The translations under genes were made by a program, and so were the position numbers. Positions 33,735 through 42,515 of a DNA stretch of 64,000 nt are shown in pieces (position 1 is the stretch's first letter; each line of letters opens with the position of its first letter). This DNA is from Escherichia coli (GTDB lineage: Bacteria > Pseudomonadota > Gammaproteobacteria > Enterobacterales > Enterobacteriaceae): NCBI RefSeq assembly GCF_002854065.1, contig NZ_CP024147.1. One strand, written 5' to 3'. The notes under the pieces were generated by a model, which worked only from the letters and a program-made list of their open reading frames with translations, had not been told where the DNA came from and made no database searches.

Positions 33735-34031
33735 ATGCCAGCGCCTCTGTATGGTGCGGATGACGCGCGCCGCTGTTCCGGCAATTCCGTATCGGAGGTG
33801 CTGGATAAATTCAGGAAAAACTACAACCGGATAATGTCGCTACCGCAGGAAACGAAAGAGGAAAAGGAATTTCGCCACTGTATATGGCTTGCAGAGAAAG
33901 AAGAACGCGAGCGAATTTACCAGACATCAATCCGACCATTCCGCAAAGCCACATATACCCACTTCCCTGAATATATCGACCCGCGCCTGCGTAATTACCG
34001 CTCACGCTATGGCGCTATCAGTAATGACTGA
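33735..34031 (+). CDS. Hypothetical phage protein
   Basis: 98-aa ORF in co-oriented phage early-gene string. Confidence 0.4.
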   Translation: MPAPLYGADDARRCSGNSVSEVLDKFRKNYNRIMSLPQETKEEKEFRHCIWLAEKEERERIYQTSIRPFRKATYTHFPEYIDPRLRNYRSRYGAISND

Positions 34032-34040
34032 GGAATTTAC

Positions 34041-34205
34041 CATGAGAGGACTTGCATACAATCCCGGAATTCTTCCGGCAGAAATGATTATTCGCCAACG
34101 CGTAAAGCCAATGCCATCGAGAGAGGAATTGCTTAAGAGAAAGAGTTTCGGTTCTGTTAATGACAACAAATATCTGAATGCGATGTGGCTGAGTGGGAAG
34201 AAATG
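34041..34205 (+). CDS. Hypothetical small phage protein
   Basis: 54-aa in-frame segment from ATG 34041 within ORF 33889-34206; start uncertain. Confidence 0.3.
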
Positions 34206-34685
34206 AAACAAATGACACTAATTGAGATGGATGGATTTCTGAAAGGTAAATGCATCCCATGTGATTTAAAGGTTAACGAAACAAACGCTGAATATCTTGT
34301 GCGTAAGTTCGGTGAACTTGAATCAAAACTAGAAACGGCGTTGCGGGAGTGTAGTTCTGCTGGAATCACGATTGATAACCTTGAGGCCAAGTGCGCGAAG
34401 ATGGCTGCTGAAAATACCTCGCTTAAGCAATCTGAGAAGGAATTTAATGACTTTTGTCGTGAGGAGTTTAGCGAATGGGAAGATGATGTTACTGAAACCC
34501 CAGCCACCGATGCTTTCCTGGCTGAAGTACGGGCGCAGGGGGTAGAGATGTACGCAGATAACCTCGACAACGGAGCAGACGACGCAGAACGAGGTGGTTT
34601 TGATTATGCCGCTAAGTTTCTACGCGGTGAGGCGTCTAGTGTACGCTTGTTCGCCGACCAGCTTCGCAAAGGAGGCAACCAGTGA
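34185..34685 (+). CDS. Ead/Ea22-like phage protein (start may be ATG 34203)
   Basis: 166-aa ORF with coiled-coil/acidic features typical of lambdoid Ea22-like proteins. Confidence 0.5.
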   Translation: MAEWEEMKQMTLIEMDGFLKGKCIPCDLKVNETNAEYLVRKFGELESKLETALRECSSAGITIDNLEAKCAKMAAENTSLKQSEKEFNDFCREEFSEWEDDVTETPATDAFLAEVRAQGVEMYADNLDNGADDAERGGFDYAAKFLRGEASSVRLFADQLRKGGNQ

Positions 34686-35161
34686 GCAAGATTAACTATC
34701 AGGCACTGCGTGAGGCGGCGGAACGTGCAATTCCAGCAATGGAACGCCTGTTAATGTTGCCAGTTGATGATGATTTGTTAAGTGAACAGGAACTTAAAGA
34801 TTACGGTGTGGATATTGATGCGCTCAACGCCTTCAAATTTCTGACCGGACCAGAAACCGTGCTGGCGCTGCTGGATGAGCTGGAAAGAAAACAGCAATAC
34901 ATCAAATCCCGAGACCAGGAGAACGAGGATATTGCGCTAACGGTAGGGAAGCTGCGCGTTGAGCTGGAAGCCGCAGAGAAGCGCATTGCTGAGCTGGAGT
35001 TGCGGGAGGTTGTGCTTCCGCAATGCTATAGCATGTTGCATCGCGTCGATTTTGACGAGCCTTACCACACTGAAATGGTTTACAGGCAGCATCAGGTTCT
35101 TGAGGCACTGCACAACGCTGGAATAAACGTCACCGAAGCAGGTAAAGGAGAGGCATCATGA
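34682..35161 (+). CDS. Ead/Ea22-like phage protein
   Basis: 159-aa ORF, coiled-coil region (LRVELEAAEKRIAELELRE); overlaps neighbours by 4 nt. Confidence 0.5.
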   Translation: MSKINYQALREAAERAIPAMERLLMLPVDDDLLSEQELKDYGVDIDALNAFKFLTGPETVLALLDELERKQQYIKSRDQENEDIALTVGKLRVELEAAEKRIAELELREVVLPQCYSMLHRVDFDEPYHTEMVYRQHQVLEALHNAGINVTEAGKGEAS

Positions 35162-35670
35162 GCACTATCACAAGAGAATGGCTGCAGCAGGCTATCAACG
35201 ATTATGAAAGCGTTCGTGATGAGCTTCCTTTCGGGCTTGATGATTACCAGGGGAATATCCTGGCTGCCCTGCGTATCGCACTGGCATCGCTGGAAGCAGA
35301 GCCGGTGGCGTGGAAGGTAACATTCACGCAAATTGACCGTGAATATAACACGTTCACTGGTATGTATTCTGACAAAGCAGAAGTCGAACGGTGGGTGCGG
35401 CTGCATAAAGCATGTAATTTTCGGGCAGATATAACACCGCTTTATACCGCCAAGCCAGTGCCGGTAACTCCGGATGGTTGGATAAGCTGTAGTGAGCGAA
35501 TGCCAGAGGACGGTCAGCACGTAATTATTTTATGTGATGGCGCATTCGTTCTTTATGCGCAATATCGAGACGGAGAGTTTTTCGATATTGTCCGCAATGG
35601 TGATGAATTTTTCGAAACACAGAGTCGCAATGTAACCGACTGGATGCAACTACCAGAACCTCCCCTTTGA
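35158..35670 (+). CDS. DUF551-type phage protein
   Basis: 170-aa ORF; C-terminal region (PDGWISCSERMPEDGQHVIILCDG) resembles DUF551. Confidence 0.5.
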   Translation: MSTITREWLQQAINDYESVRDELPFGLDDYQGNILAALRIALASLEAEPVAWKVTFTQIDREYNTFTGMYSDKAEVERWVRLHKACNFRADITPLYTAKPVPVTPDGWISCSERMPEDGQHVIILCDGAFVLYAQYRDGEFFDIVRNGDEFFETQSRNVTDWMQLPEPPL

Positions 35671-35766
35671 TAGCTAAGCTTATACATATCTTTTACATCA
35701 GCAATCTATTGTTAATCTCCAATCAATGTTACGTTGTCATCTCTCTCATGCTTTGGAGGTAGTGAT

Positions 35767-35958
35767 ATGTCTTGTCCAAAATGCGGTTCTGGAAATATTG
35801 CAAAAGAAAAAACAATGCGTGGATGGTCTGATGATTATGTGTGCTGCGATTGCGGATACAACGACTCTAAAGACGCATTTGGAGAGCGTGGTAAAAACGA
35901 GTTTGTCAAAATTAATAAAGAACGCGAAGGCGGTGATGCTGCCAACTTACTGATTTAG
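35767..35958 (+). pseudogene. Phage zinc-ribbon protein with C-terminus altered by IS1 insertion (native end ...EREGNEKS reconstructed across the IS)
   Basis: CxxC...CxxC motif (MSCPKCGSG...YVCCDCGY); GGAGGT RBS 6 nt upstream of ATG 35767; reading frame runs into the IS1 terminal repeat. Confidence 0.55.
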
Positions 35959-35986
35959 TGTATGATGGTGTTTTTGAGGTGCTCCA

Positions 35987-36262
35987 GTGGCTTCTGTTTC
36001 TATCAGCTGTCCCTCCTGTTCAGCTACTGACGGGGTGGTGCGTAACGGCAAAAGCACTGCCGGACATCAGCGCTATCTCTGCTCTCACTGCCGTAAAACA
36101 TGGCAACTGCAGTTCACTTACACCGCTTCTCAACCCGGTACGCACCAGAAAATCATTGATATGGCCATGAATGGCGTTGGATGCCGGGCAACCGCCCGCA
36201 TTATGGGCGTTGGCCTCAACACGATTTTCCGCCATTTAAAAAACTCAGGCCGCAGTCGGTAA
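35987..36262 (+). CDS. insA: IS1 InsA
   Basis: 91-aa ORF. Confidence 0.9.
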   Translation: MASVSISCPSCSATDGVVRNGKSTAGHQRYLCSHCRKTWQLQFTYTASQPGTHQKIIDMAMNGVGCRATARIMGVGLNTIFRHLKNSGRSR

Positions 36263-36684
36263 CCTCGCGCATACAGCCGGGCAGTGACGTCATCGTCTGC
36301 GCGGAAATGGACGAACAGTGGGGATACGTCGGGGCTAAATCGCGCCAGCGCTGGCTGTTTTACGCGTATGACAGGCTCCGGAAGACGGTTGTTGCGCACG
36401 TATTCGGTGAACGCACTATGGCGACGCTGGGGCGTCTTATGAGCCTGCTGTCACCCTTTGACGTGGTGATATGGATGACGGATGGCTGGCCGCTGTATGA
36501 ATCCCGCCTGAAGGGAAAGCTGCACGTAATCAGCAAGCGATATACGCAGCGAATTGAGCGGCATAACCTGAATCTGAGGCAGCACTTGGCACGGCTGGGA
36601 CGGAAGTCGCTGTCGTTCTCAAAATCGGTGGAGCTGCATGACAAAGTCATCGGGCATTATCTGAACATAAAACACTATCAATAA
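36181..36684 (+). CDS. insB: IS1 transposase InsB
   Basis: 167-aa ORF. Confidence 0.9.
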   Translation: MPGNRPHYGRWPQHDFPPFKKLRPQSVTSRIQPGSDVIVCAEMDEQWGYVGAKSRQRWLFYAYDRLRKTVVAHVFGERTMATLGRLMSLLSPFDVVIWMTDGWPLYESRLKGKLHVISKRYTQRIERHNLNLRQHLARLGRKSLSFSKSVELHDKVIGHYLNIKHYQ

Positions 36685-36823
36685 GTTGGAGTCATTACCC
36701 GCGAAGGCAACGAAAAAAGCTAATTTATTTATTCATATATGAAAACAATGTAATAAATATTCGAATTGAAGAATTGAAAGAACACCAAGCCGCCTGATGG
36801 CGGTTTTTTATTGGAGACAAGAA

Positions 36824-37168
36824 ATGTCAGATTTGGCTATGAAGGTTTTGAAATGGCAATCGACTGGCGATGTCGGCATCAGTAGCGCAACTCTTGCCTC
36901 AATCGCATGTGGCCTGAAAAAGAATATCTATGGTCATCACTTCGGCGCTCCCCATGACGCAGCAGACTTTCGGCGATGCGTTGCACTTGTTGAGCAGATT
37001 CCAGAAATCAGAGATTCATTCGACAAGGTTGCAAAGCGCGTTCCGGCATTCAAAGGAATCCTCAACGAATGGGATTCACTCGTTGCTCTGTTGAAGTCTG
37101 AAATGAAGACGTACGGGAACAAAGCACCAGAGACTTACAGAAGAATCAGCGAGCTACGCAAGGACTAA
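36824..37168 (+). CDS. Hypothetical phage protein (moron-like unit bracketed by hairpin/T-run elements)
   Basis: Start at ATG 36824 (MSDLAMKVLKWQ...) with GGAGA RBS; GC hairpin plus T-run at 36789-36809 and a similar element at 37209-37229. Confidence 0.45.
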   Translation: MSDLAMKVLKWQSTGDVGISSATLASIACGLKKNIYGHHFGAPHDAADFRRCVALVEQIPEIRDSFDKVAKRVPAFKGILNEWDSLVALLKSEMKTYGNKAPETYRRISELRKD

Positions 37169-37245
37169 CGCCTCACACTCGATGAGGCCTGTACATATCT
37201 GATAGATCCGCTATATGGCGGTTTATTTTTGCCTGGAGAATTAAG

Positions 37246-37437
37246 ATGACCGATACCAGCCTGATTCCTGAGAAAGAAGTGATGAACAAGCTCGGTGTTT
37301 CATCACGTCAGACAATCTGGAACTATACCAAACGGCACGGATTTCCGAAGCCAGTCAGAACCCACCCCAAATCATACCTTCGTGAAGCTGTTGAAGGGTG
37401 GATTCTTAACGGTGGCGTTAATCAGAAATGCTCCTGA
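37246..37437 (+). CDS. alpA: AlpA-family phage transcriptional regulator / excisionase-like
   Basis: 63-aa ORF with HTH (VSSRQTIWNYTKRHGFPKP), convergent with and adjacent to integrase. Confidence 0.7.
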   Translation: MTDTSLIPEKEVMNKLGVSSRQTIWNYTKRHGFPKPVRTHPKSYLREAVEGWILNGGVNQKCS

Positions 37438-38596
37438 TGTGCCAGAACAATTTATCAGCGTGAAGCTCATACGCTTTGCGCTGAGCCTCTATCCAGTCGT
37501 GTTTATTGTATACGGACATTATCCCGCCAAGTTCATGACCGAGCATTCGCTCAGTAACATGAGGCTCGACATTCATCTCGGACAGACGTGTAACAAGCGT
37601 TCTTCTGAAATCGTGTGTTCGCCAGTAACCTAGATCCATCCCTCCCCTTATTCTATTTACGAATCGGTTGGCTGCAGCGATGCTGATCGGTTTGTTTATG
37701 TCTTCTCCAGGGAAAAGAACATCATTGTACGTTGTCATGGCCTTTTCGAGGAAAGGCTTAATTTGTTCGAAGATTGGACGGCGGATAACATTACCCATCT
37801 TGCTATGCTCTTTCGGTACGGTCCATACGTTTTCCAGCAGGTCAAATTCTGTCTTTTTTGCCAGCCTAAGCTCTGAGAGCCTCGCCCCCCACAGCATAAG
37901 CATCTGATGAAGTAGCTTATTTGACGTAGACGCACGGCTTCTTTCAATAGCAAGCCAAATCTTAGCCAGTTCGTGATACGACAGTACCCGATCCCCTACC
38001 TCAGCGCGGGAGCCGAAGTCCCTTGGTTGGATGCTCATAATTGCGCAACTATCTATCAACTGACGCCGCATGCACCAACTTATTGCTGATCTTAGTTGAC
38101 TTAGCACCTGCCTTGCTCGGCGTGGATTATCTCTTTCTTCTTCGGTAAGCAGGTCAACCCATTGCTTAACCGTGATAGAAGATGCCGGACGATTAGGAAA
38201 GGCGTCATGCATGCGCTTCATAACCGTTGATCGGTAAAGTGCCTGGGTCTTTTCTCTGAGAGTTGTAGAGACGTAGTTGTCGAACCAGTAGTCGAGACAC
38301 TGGGCGACCGTCATGGAGTTCTCCACCTTCTCTTCAAAATAAGTGCGTGGATCCGTTCCTGAGAAATAGAGCTTTCGCAAGTCAGCAGTGATCTGTCTGG
38401 CATCCTTCAAAGACAGGGATGGGTATCGACCAAGCCCAAGTCGATTAGGCTTGCCATGCCAGCGATAGCGGTACTGGAACTGGATGACCCCCTTCGGTGA
38501 AATTCGTACGCTGAGGCCATCGGCATCAGCCACTTCTTGTGGGCCCGAATATGGTTTACCATAAATACTACGCAGTTTTGTGTCGCTTATAGCCAT
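37418..38596 (-). CDS. int: Tyrosine-type phage integrase (P4-type, N-terminal arm-binding domain)
   Basis: 392-aa ORF with integrase catalytic region (HDFRRT...LGH...Y); adjacent to attR. Confidence 0.85.
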   Translation of the reverse strand: MAISDTKLRSIYGKPYSGPQEVADADGLSVRISPKGVIQFQYRYRWHGKPNRLGLGRYPSLSLKDARQITADLRKLYFSGTDPRTYFEEKVENSMTVAQCLDYWFDNYVSTTLREKTQALYRSTVMKRMHDAFPNRPASSITVKQWVDLLTEEERDNPRRARQVLSQLRSAISWCMRRQLIDSCAIMSIQPRDFGSRAEVGDRVLSYHELAKIWLAIERSRASTSNKLLHQMLMLWGARLSELRLAKKTEFDLLENVWTVPKEHSKMGNVIRRPIFEQIKPFLEKAMTTYNDVLFPGEDINKPISIAAANRFVNRIRGGMDLGYWRTHDFRRTLVTRLSEMNVEPHVTERMLGHELGGIMSVYNKHDWIEAQRKAYELHADKLFWHIRSISD

Positions 38597-38605
38597 AAAT
38601 AATAT

Positions 38606-38648
38606 TTGGTACGCTCAGAAATAATGGTTTGGTACACATCTGGTACAC
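38606..38648. repeat. Direct repeats TTTGGTAC(G/A)C x3, putative integrase arm-type sites (attR side)
   Basis: tttggtacgc 38606-38615, tttggtacac 38628-38637, ctggtacac 38640-38648; matching pair on attL side at 23638-23660. Confidence 0.5.
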
Positions 38649-38777
38649 AATATCACATGGACAACAGCGCACAGTAAACAACTATATTTGACGTTCGTAG
38701 ACATACTCAGGTGAAAAAATGGTTGTTTTTCGAGTTATAACAGACAGTTAATTAACTACAGTGGACAATGCTAGACA

Positions 38778-40202
38778 ATGACAGACGCAGATAAACAACC
38801 TACCTTCCTCTTTCACGATTACGAAACCTTTGGCACGCACCCCGCGTTAGATCGCCCTGCACAGTTCGCAGCCATTCGCACCGATAGCGAATTCAATGTC
38901 ATCGGAGAACCCGAAGTCTTTTACTGCAAGCCCGCTGATGACTATTTACCCCAGCCAGGAGCAGTATTAATTACCGGTATTACCCCGCAGGAAGCACGGG
39001 CGAAAGGAGAAAACGAAGCCGCGTTTGCCGCCCGTATTCACTTGCTTTTTACCGTACCGAAGACCTGTATTCTGGGCTACAACAATGTGCGTTTCGACGA
39101 CGAAGTCACACGCAACATTTTTTATCGTAATTTCTACGATCCTTACGCCTGGAGCTGGCAAAACCGCAATTCGCGCTGGGATCTGCTTGACGTGATGCGC
39201 GCCTGCTATGCCCTGCGCCCGGACGGCATCAACTGGCCGGAAAACGACGACGGTCTGCCGAGCTTCCGCCTGGAACATCTCACCAAGGCCAACGGTATTG
39301 AACACAGTAACGCCCATGATGCGATGGCCGACGTTTACGCGACCATCGCCATGGCGAAGCTGGTGAAGGCCCAACAGCCAAAGCTGTTTGATTATCTGTA
39401 TGCCTACCGGGGCAAAAACAAGCTGATGACGCTGATTGACGTCCCGCAGATGAAGCCACTGGTGCATGTCTCGGGAATGTTTGGCGCCTGGCGCGGAAAC
39501 ACCAGCTGGATTGCGCCGCTGGCCTGGCATCCGGATAACCGTAATGCGGTGATCATGGTCGACCTGGCGGGCGACATCGCCCCGCTGCTCGAGCTGGATG
39601 CCGATACGCTGCGCGAGCGCCTGTATACGCCGAAGGCCGAGCTCGGCGACAGTTCGCCGGTGCCGATTAAGCTGGTGCATCTGAATAAGTGCCCGGTGCT
39701 GGCGCAGGCCAATACCCTGCGCCCAGAAGACGCTGACCGTTTAGGCATTAACCGACAGCACTGCCTGGATAACCTGAAACTGCTGCGCGATAACCCGCAG
39801 GTGCGCGAGAAGGTGGTGGCGATTTTTGCTGAAGCCGAGCCGTTTGTCGCATCGGACAACGTCGACGCCCAGCTTTATAACGGTTTCTTTAGCGACGCCG
39901 ACCGCGCGGCGATGAAAATCGTGCTGGAGACCGAGCCGCGCAATCTGCCGGCGCTGGACATTACCTTCGCCGACCCGCGTATTGAGAAGCTGCTGTTTAA
40001 CTTCCGCGCGCGCAACTTCCCCGGCACGCTGGATGAAAACGAGCAACAGCGCTGGCTGGAACACCGTCGGCAGATCTTCACCCCGGAATTTTTACAGGCC
40101 TACGCCCAGCAACTGGAGATGTTGTACGGTCAGTATGAGGGGAATAACGAGAAGCTATCGCTGCTGAAGGCGCTGTATCAGTACGTGCAGGAGATTGTTT
40201 AA
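38778..40202 (+). CDS. sbcB: Exodeoxyribonuclease I, with phage-supplied promoter and first ~11 codons (MTDADKQPTFLF...)
   Basis: 474-aa ORF with DnaQ-like exonuclease N-terminus (FLFHDYETFG); hairpin terminator 40211-40241 downstream. Confidence 0.9.
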   Translation: MTDADKQPTFLFHDYETFGTHPALDRPAQFAAIRTDSEFNVIGEPEVFYCKPADDYLPQPGAVLITGITPQEARAKGENEAAFAARIHLLFTVPKTCILGYNNVRFDDEVTRNIFYRNFYDPYAWSWQNRNSRWDLLDVMRACYALRPDGINWPENDDGLPSFRLEHLTKANGIEHSNAHDAMADVYATIAMAKLVKAQQPKLFDYLYAYRGKNKLMTLIDVPQMKPLVHVSGMFGAWRGNTSWIAPLAWHPDNRNAVIMVDLAGDIAPLLELDADTLRERLYTPKAELGDSSPVPIKLVHLNKCPVLAQANTLRPEDADRLGINRQHCLDNLKLLRDNPQVREKVVAIFAEAEPFVASDNVDAQLYNGFFSDADRAAMKIVLETEPRNLPALDITFADPRIEKLLFNFRARNFPGTLDENEQQRWLEHRRQIFTPEFLQAYAQQLEMLYGQYEGNNEKLSLLKALYQYVQEIV

Positions 40203-40255
40203 TTCAACGCAGCGACGCCGGAAAATCTTCCCGGCGTCGCTTGATGCCTGGGGCA

Positions 40256-40480
40256 TTATTTCTGTACGGTGATGGTCCACGCCGCATCGCCAGACTGCTG
40301 ATAGTCCGTGACCGTAAAGCCCTCTTCCGCCGCCCACTGCGGGATGGCTTCCGTCGCCTGAGTACAGTCGAACTCAATCACCAGCTGGTCGCCGCTGGCC
40401 AGTTCCGCCATCGCCGCCTTCGCTTCAATTAACGGGAACGGGCAAACCTGCGTGACTACGTCCAGTTTCTTCACAACCAT
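40256..40480 (-). CDS. yeeD: TusA-like sulfurtransferase
   Basis: 74-aa ORF with CPxP motif (VCPFPLIEAK). Confidence 0.85.
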   Translation of the reverse strand: MVVKKLDVVTQVCPFPLIEAKAAMAELASGDQLVIEFDCTQATEAIPQWAAEEGFTVTDYQQSGDAAWTITVQK

Positions 40481-40525
40481 TTTTTCTACTCCTTAAGCCG
40501 TTGCGGTTTTCAGTTTTGCTTTCCG

Positions 40526-41494
40526 CTACGGGCGAACATACAACATCCACGACGCGCACCACACGCCGAGAATCATAAATACCAGGCCAATCCAGCCCTG
40601 CCAGGTCATCATCGCCGTCATCACCAAACCGTTGCCGATCGAGCAGCCGCCGGCAATGCTGGCACCGAAGCCCATCAGTACGCCGCCACCCGCGCTACGC
40701 AGCGTGGTGCTGGCATCGGCAGCGCGGACGCGGAATTCACGGCTGGCTTTCGCGGCAATAAACGAACCGATAAAGATTCCCAGCACCAGGAAGACGCCCC
40801 AGTTGAGGTACTTGCTGTCACCCCCCACCAGGAACTGCAGGATATTGGCGGTCGGCGAGGTAATGCCAAGGCCAAACATACGTCCGGTGGCCTCACTCAG
40901 CGGCCAGGCCAGCAGGGCGATAAGGCCAATCAGCACGGCGGTCACAAACGGATGCCAACGCTTTTCAAACAGCAGATGCGCCAGGCCAGTGCGGCGCGGC
41001 GGCAGAGAAGCTACTTTGAGCTTTGGTTTGCTCAGCTCTTTGCGAACAAACCACAGGGTCACCGCCACCAGCAGAACGATAAGTGGCCAGACGGAGATAT
41101 TCAGGGTTTCGGCAATGCCGTTGTGAGTGGTCGTGTGTTGACCGAGGAATTTGTTAAGCCCAGCCGCGTGCGGTGAACGCATGATCGCGCTCATCACCAT
41201 ATAGGTGACCAGTGCAATCCAGCTGCCAATCAGCCCTTCCCCGGCACGATACCAGGTGCCGGTGGCGCAGCCTCCCGCATAAACGATACCGATACCAAAA
41301 ACAAATCCACCCACCACGGTGCCAAGCCACGGGAACGCGCCTGCATCGTACTGCACCAGGCCAAGCTGGATCAGGGCGAACACGCCGATACTCTGGATAC
41401 AGATAGCAATCAACAGTGCGTAAAACATGCGGTTATTTTTGGTGATATACATATCGCGAAAGCCACCCGTCAGGCAGAAACGACCGCGCTGCAT
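40526..41494 (-). pseudogene. yeeE: YeeE/YedE-family transporter, 5' end severed by IS1 (first ~14 codons lie beyond the IS at ~42283-42330)
   Basis: 322-aa membrane ORF abutting the IS1 end; minus-strand sequence after the IS encodes MIISGMICGAL..., completing the native N-terminus across the 9-bp duplication. Confidence 0.75.
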
Positions 41495-41560
41495 AACGAA
41501 TCCCAGGTGATGCTGCCAACTTACTGATTTAGTGTATGATGGTGTTTTTGAGGTGCTCCA

Positions 41561-41836
41561 GTGGCTTCTGTTTCTATCAGCTGTCCCTCCTGTTCAGCTA
41601 CTGACGGGGTGGTGCGTAACGGCAAAAGCACCGCCGGACATCAGCGCTATCTCTGCTCTCACTGCCGTAAAACATGGCAACTGCAGTTCACTTACACCGC
41701 TTCTCAACCCGGTACGCACCAGAAAATCATTGATATGGCCATGAATGGCGTTGGATGCCGGGCAACTGCCCGCATTATGGGCGTTGGCCTCAACACGATT
41801 TTACGTCACTTAAAAAACTCAGGCCGCAGTCGGTAA
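41561..41836 (+). CDS. insA: IS1 InsA
   Basis: 91-aa ORF. Confidence 0.9.
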
Positions 41837-42258
41837 CCTCGCGCATACAGCCGGGCAGTGACGTCATCGTCTGCGCGGAAATGGACGAACAGTGGGGCTA
41901 TGTCGGGGCTAAATCGCGCCAGCGCTGGCTGTTTTACGCGTATGACAGTCTCCGGAAGACGGTTGTTGCGCACGTATTCGGTGAACGCACTATGGCGACG
42001 CTGGGGCGTCTTATGAGCCTGCTGTCACCCTTTGACGTGGTGATATGGATGACGGATGGCTGGCCGCTGTATGAATCCCGCCTGAAGGGAAAGCTGCACG
42101 TAATCAGCAAGCGATATACGCAGCGAATTGAGCGGCATAACCTGAATCTGAGGCAGCACCTGGCACGGCTGGGACGGAAGTCGCTGTCGTTCTCAAAATC
42201 GGTGGAGCTGCATGACAAAGTCATCGGGCATTATCTGAACATAAAACACTATCAATAA
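41755..42258 (+). CDS. insB: IS1 transposase InsB
   Basis: 167-aa ORF (FTSLKK variant). Confidence 0.9.
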
Positions 42259-42460
42259 GTTGGAGTCATTACCCGAATCCCAGTAAAGCCCCGCAAATCA
42301 TGCCACTTATTATCATGTGCAACATAAGAATCAATTAACTCAATATTATCAGTCTTAAAATTATTCCTGACCCCGCCGGACGGCTCCAATAACCAAAAGC
42401 TCTATATTATTCCCGACGGTTATTAATATTGATTTTTTAATCACCCCACAAACTTAAGAC

Positions 42461-42490
42461 AAAAAAAACCGGAGGCCCAGACCTCCGGTT
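42461..42490 (-). terminator. Terminator downstream of plaP
   Basis: Hairpin ccggaggcccagacctccgg with A-run on plus strand (T-run on minus). Confidence 0.6.
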
Positions 42491-42515
42491 TTGCAACCAT
42501 CGTTTTTAAATTCAG

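Larger units (their letters stand above)
35932..36699 (+). mobile_element. IS1: IS1 copy 3 (768 bp) with 9-bp target site duplication cgcgaaggc
   Basis: Terminal repeats ggtgatgctgcc...ggagtcattacc; identical 9-mer at 35923-35931 and 36700-36708. Confidence 0.95.
23571..38823. mobile_element. Degraded prophage (~15.2 kb) integrated in the 5' end of sbcB; attL core 23571-23583, attR core 38811-38823
   Basis: Shared 13-bp core plus similar upstream sequence at both ends; P4-type integrase next to attR; GGTACRC arm-type repeats at both ends; phage tail and recombination genes inside; two IS1 copies inside. Confidence 0.75.
41506..42273 (+). mobile_element. IS1: IS1 copy 4 (768 bp) with 9-bp target site duplication cgaatccca
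   Basis: Terminal repeats present; identical 9-mer at 41497-41505 and 42274-42282. Confidence 0.95.

Noticed and set aside
38967-40064. ORFs antisense to sbcB (237 aa, 151 aa, 107 aa)
   Set aside because: Overlap the exonuclease I gene on the opposite strand; GC-rich mirror frames.
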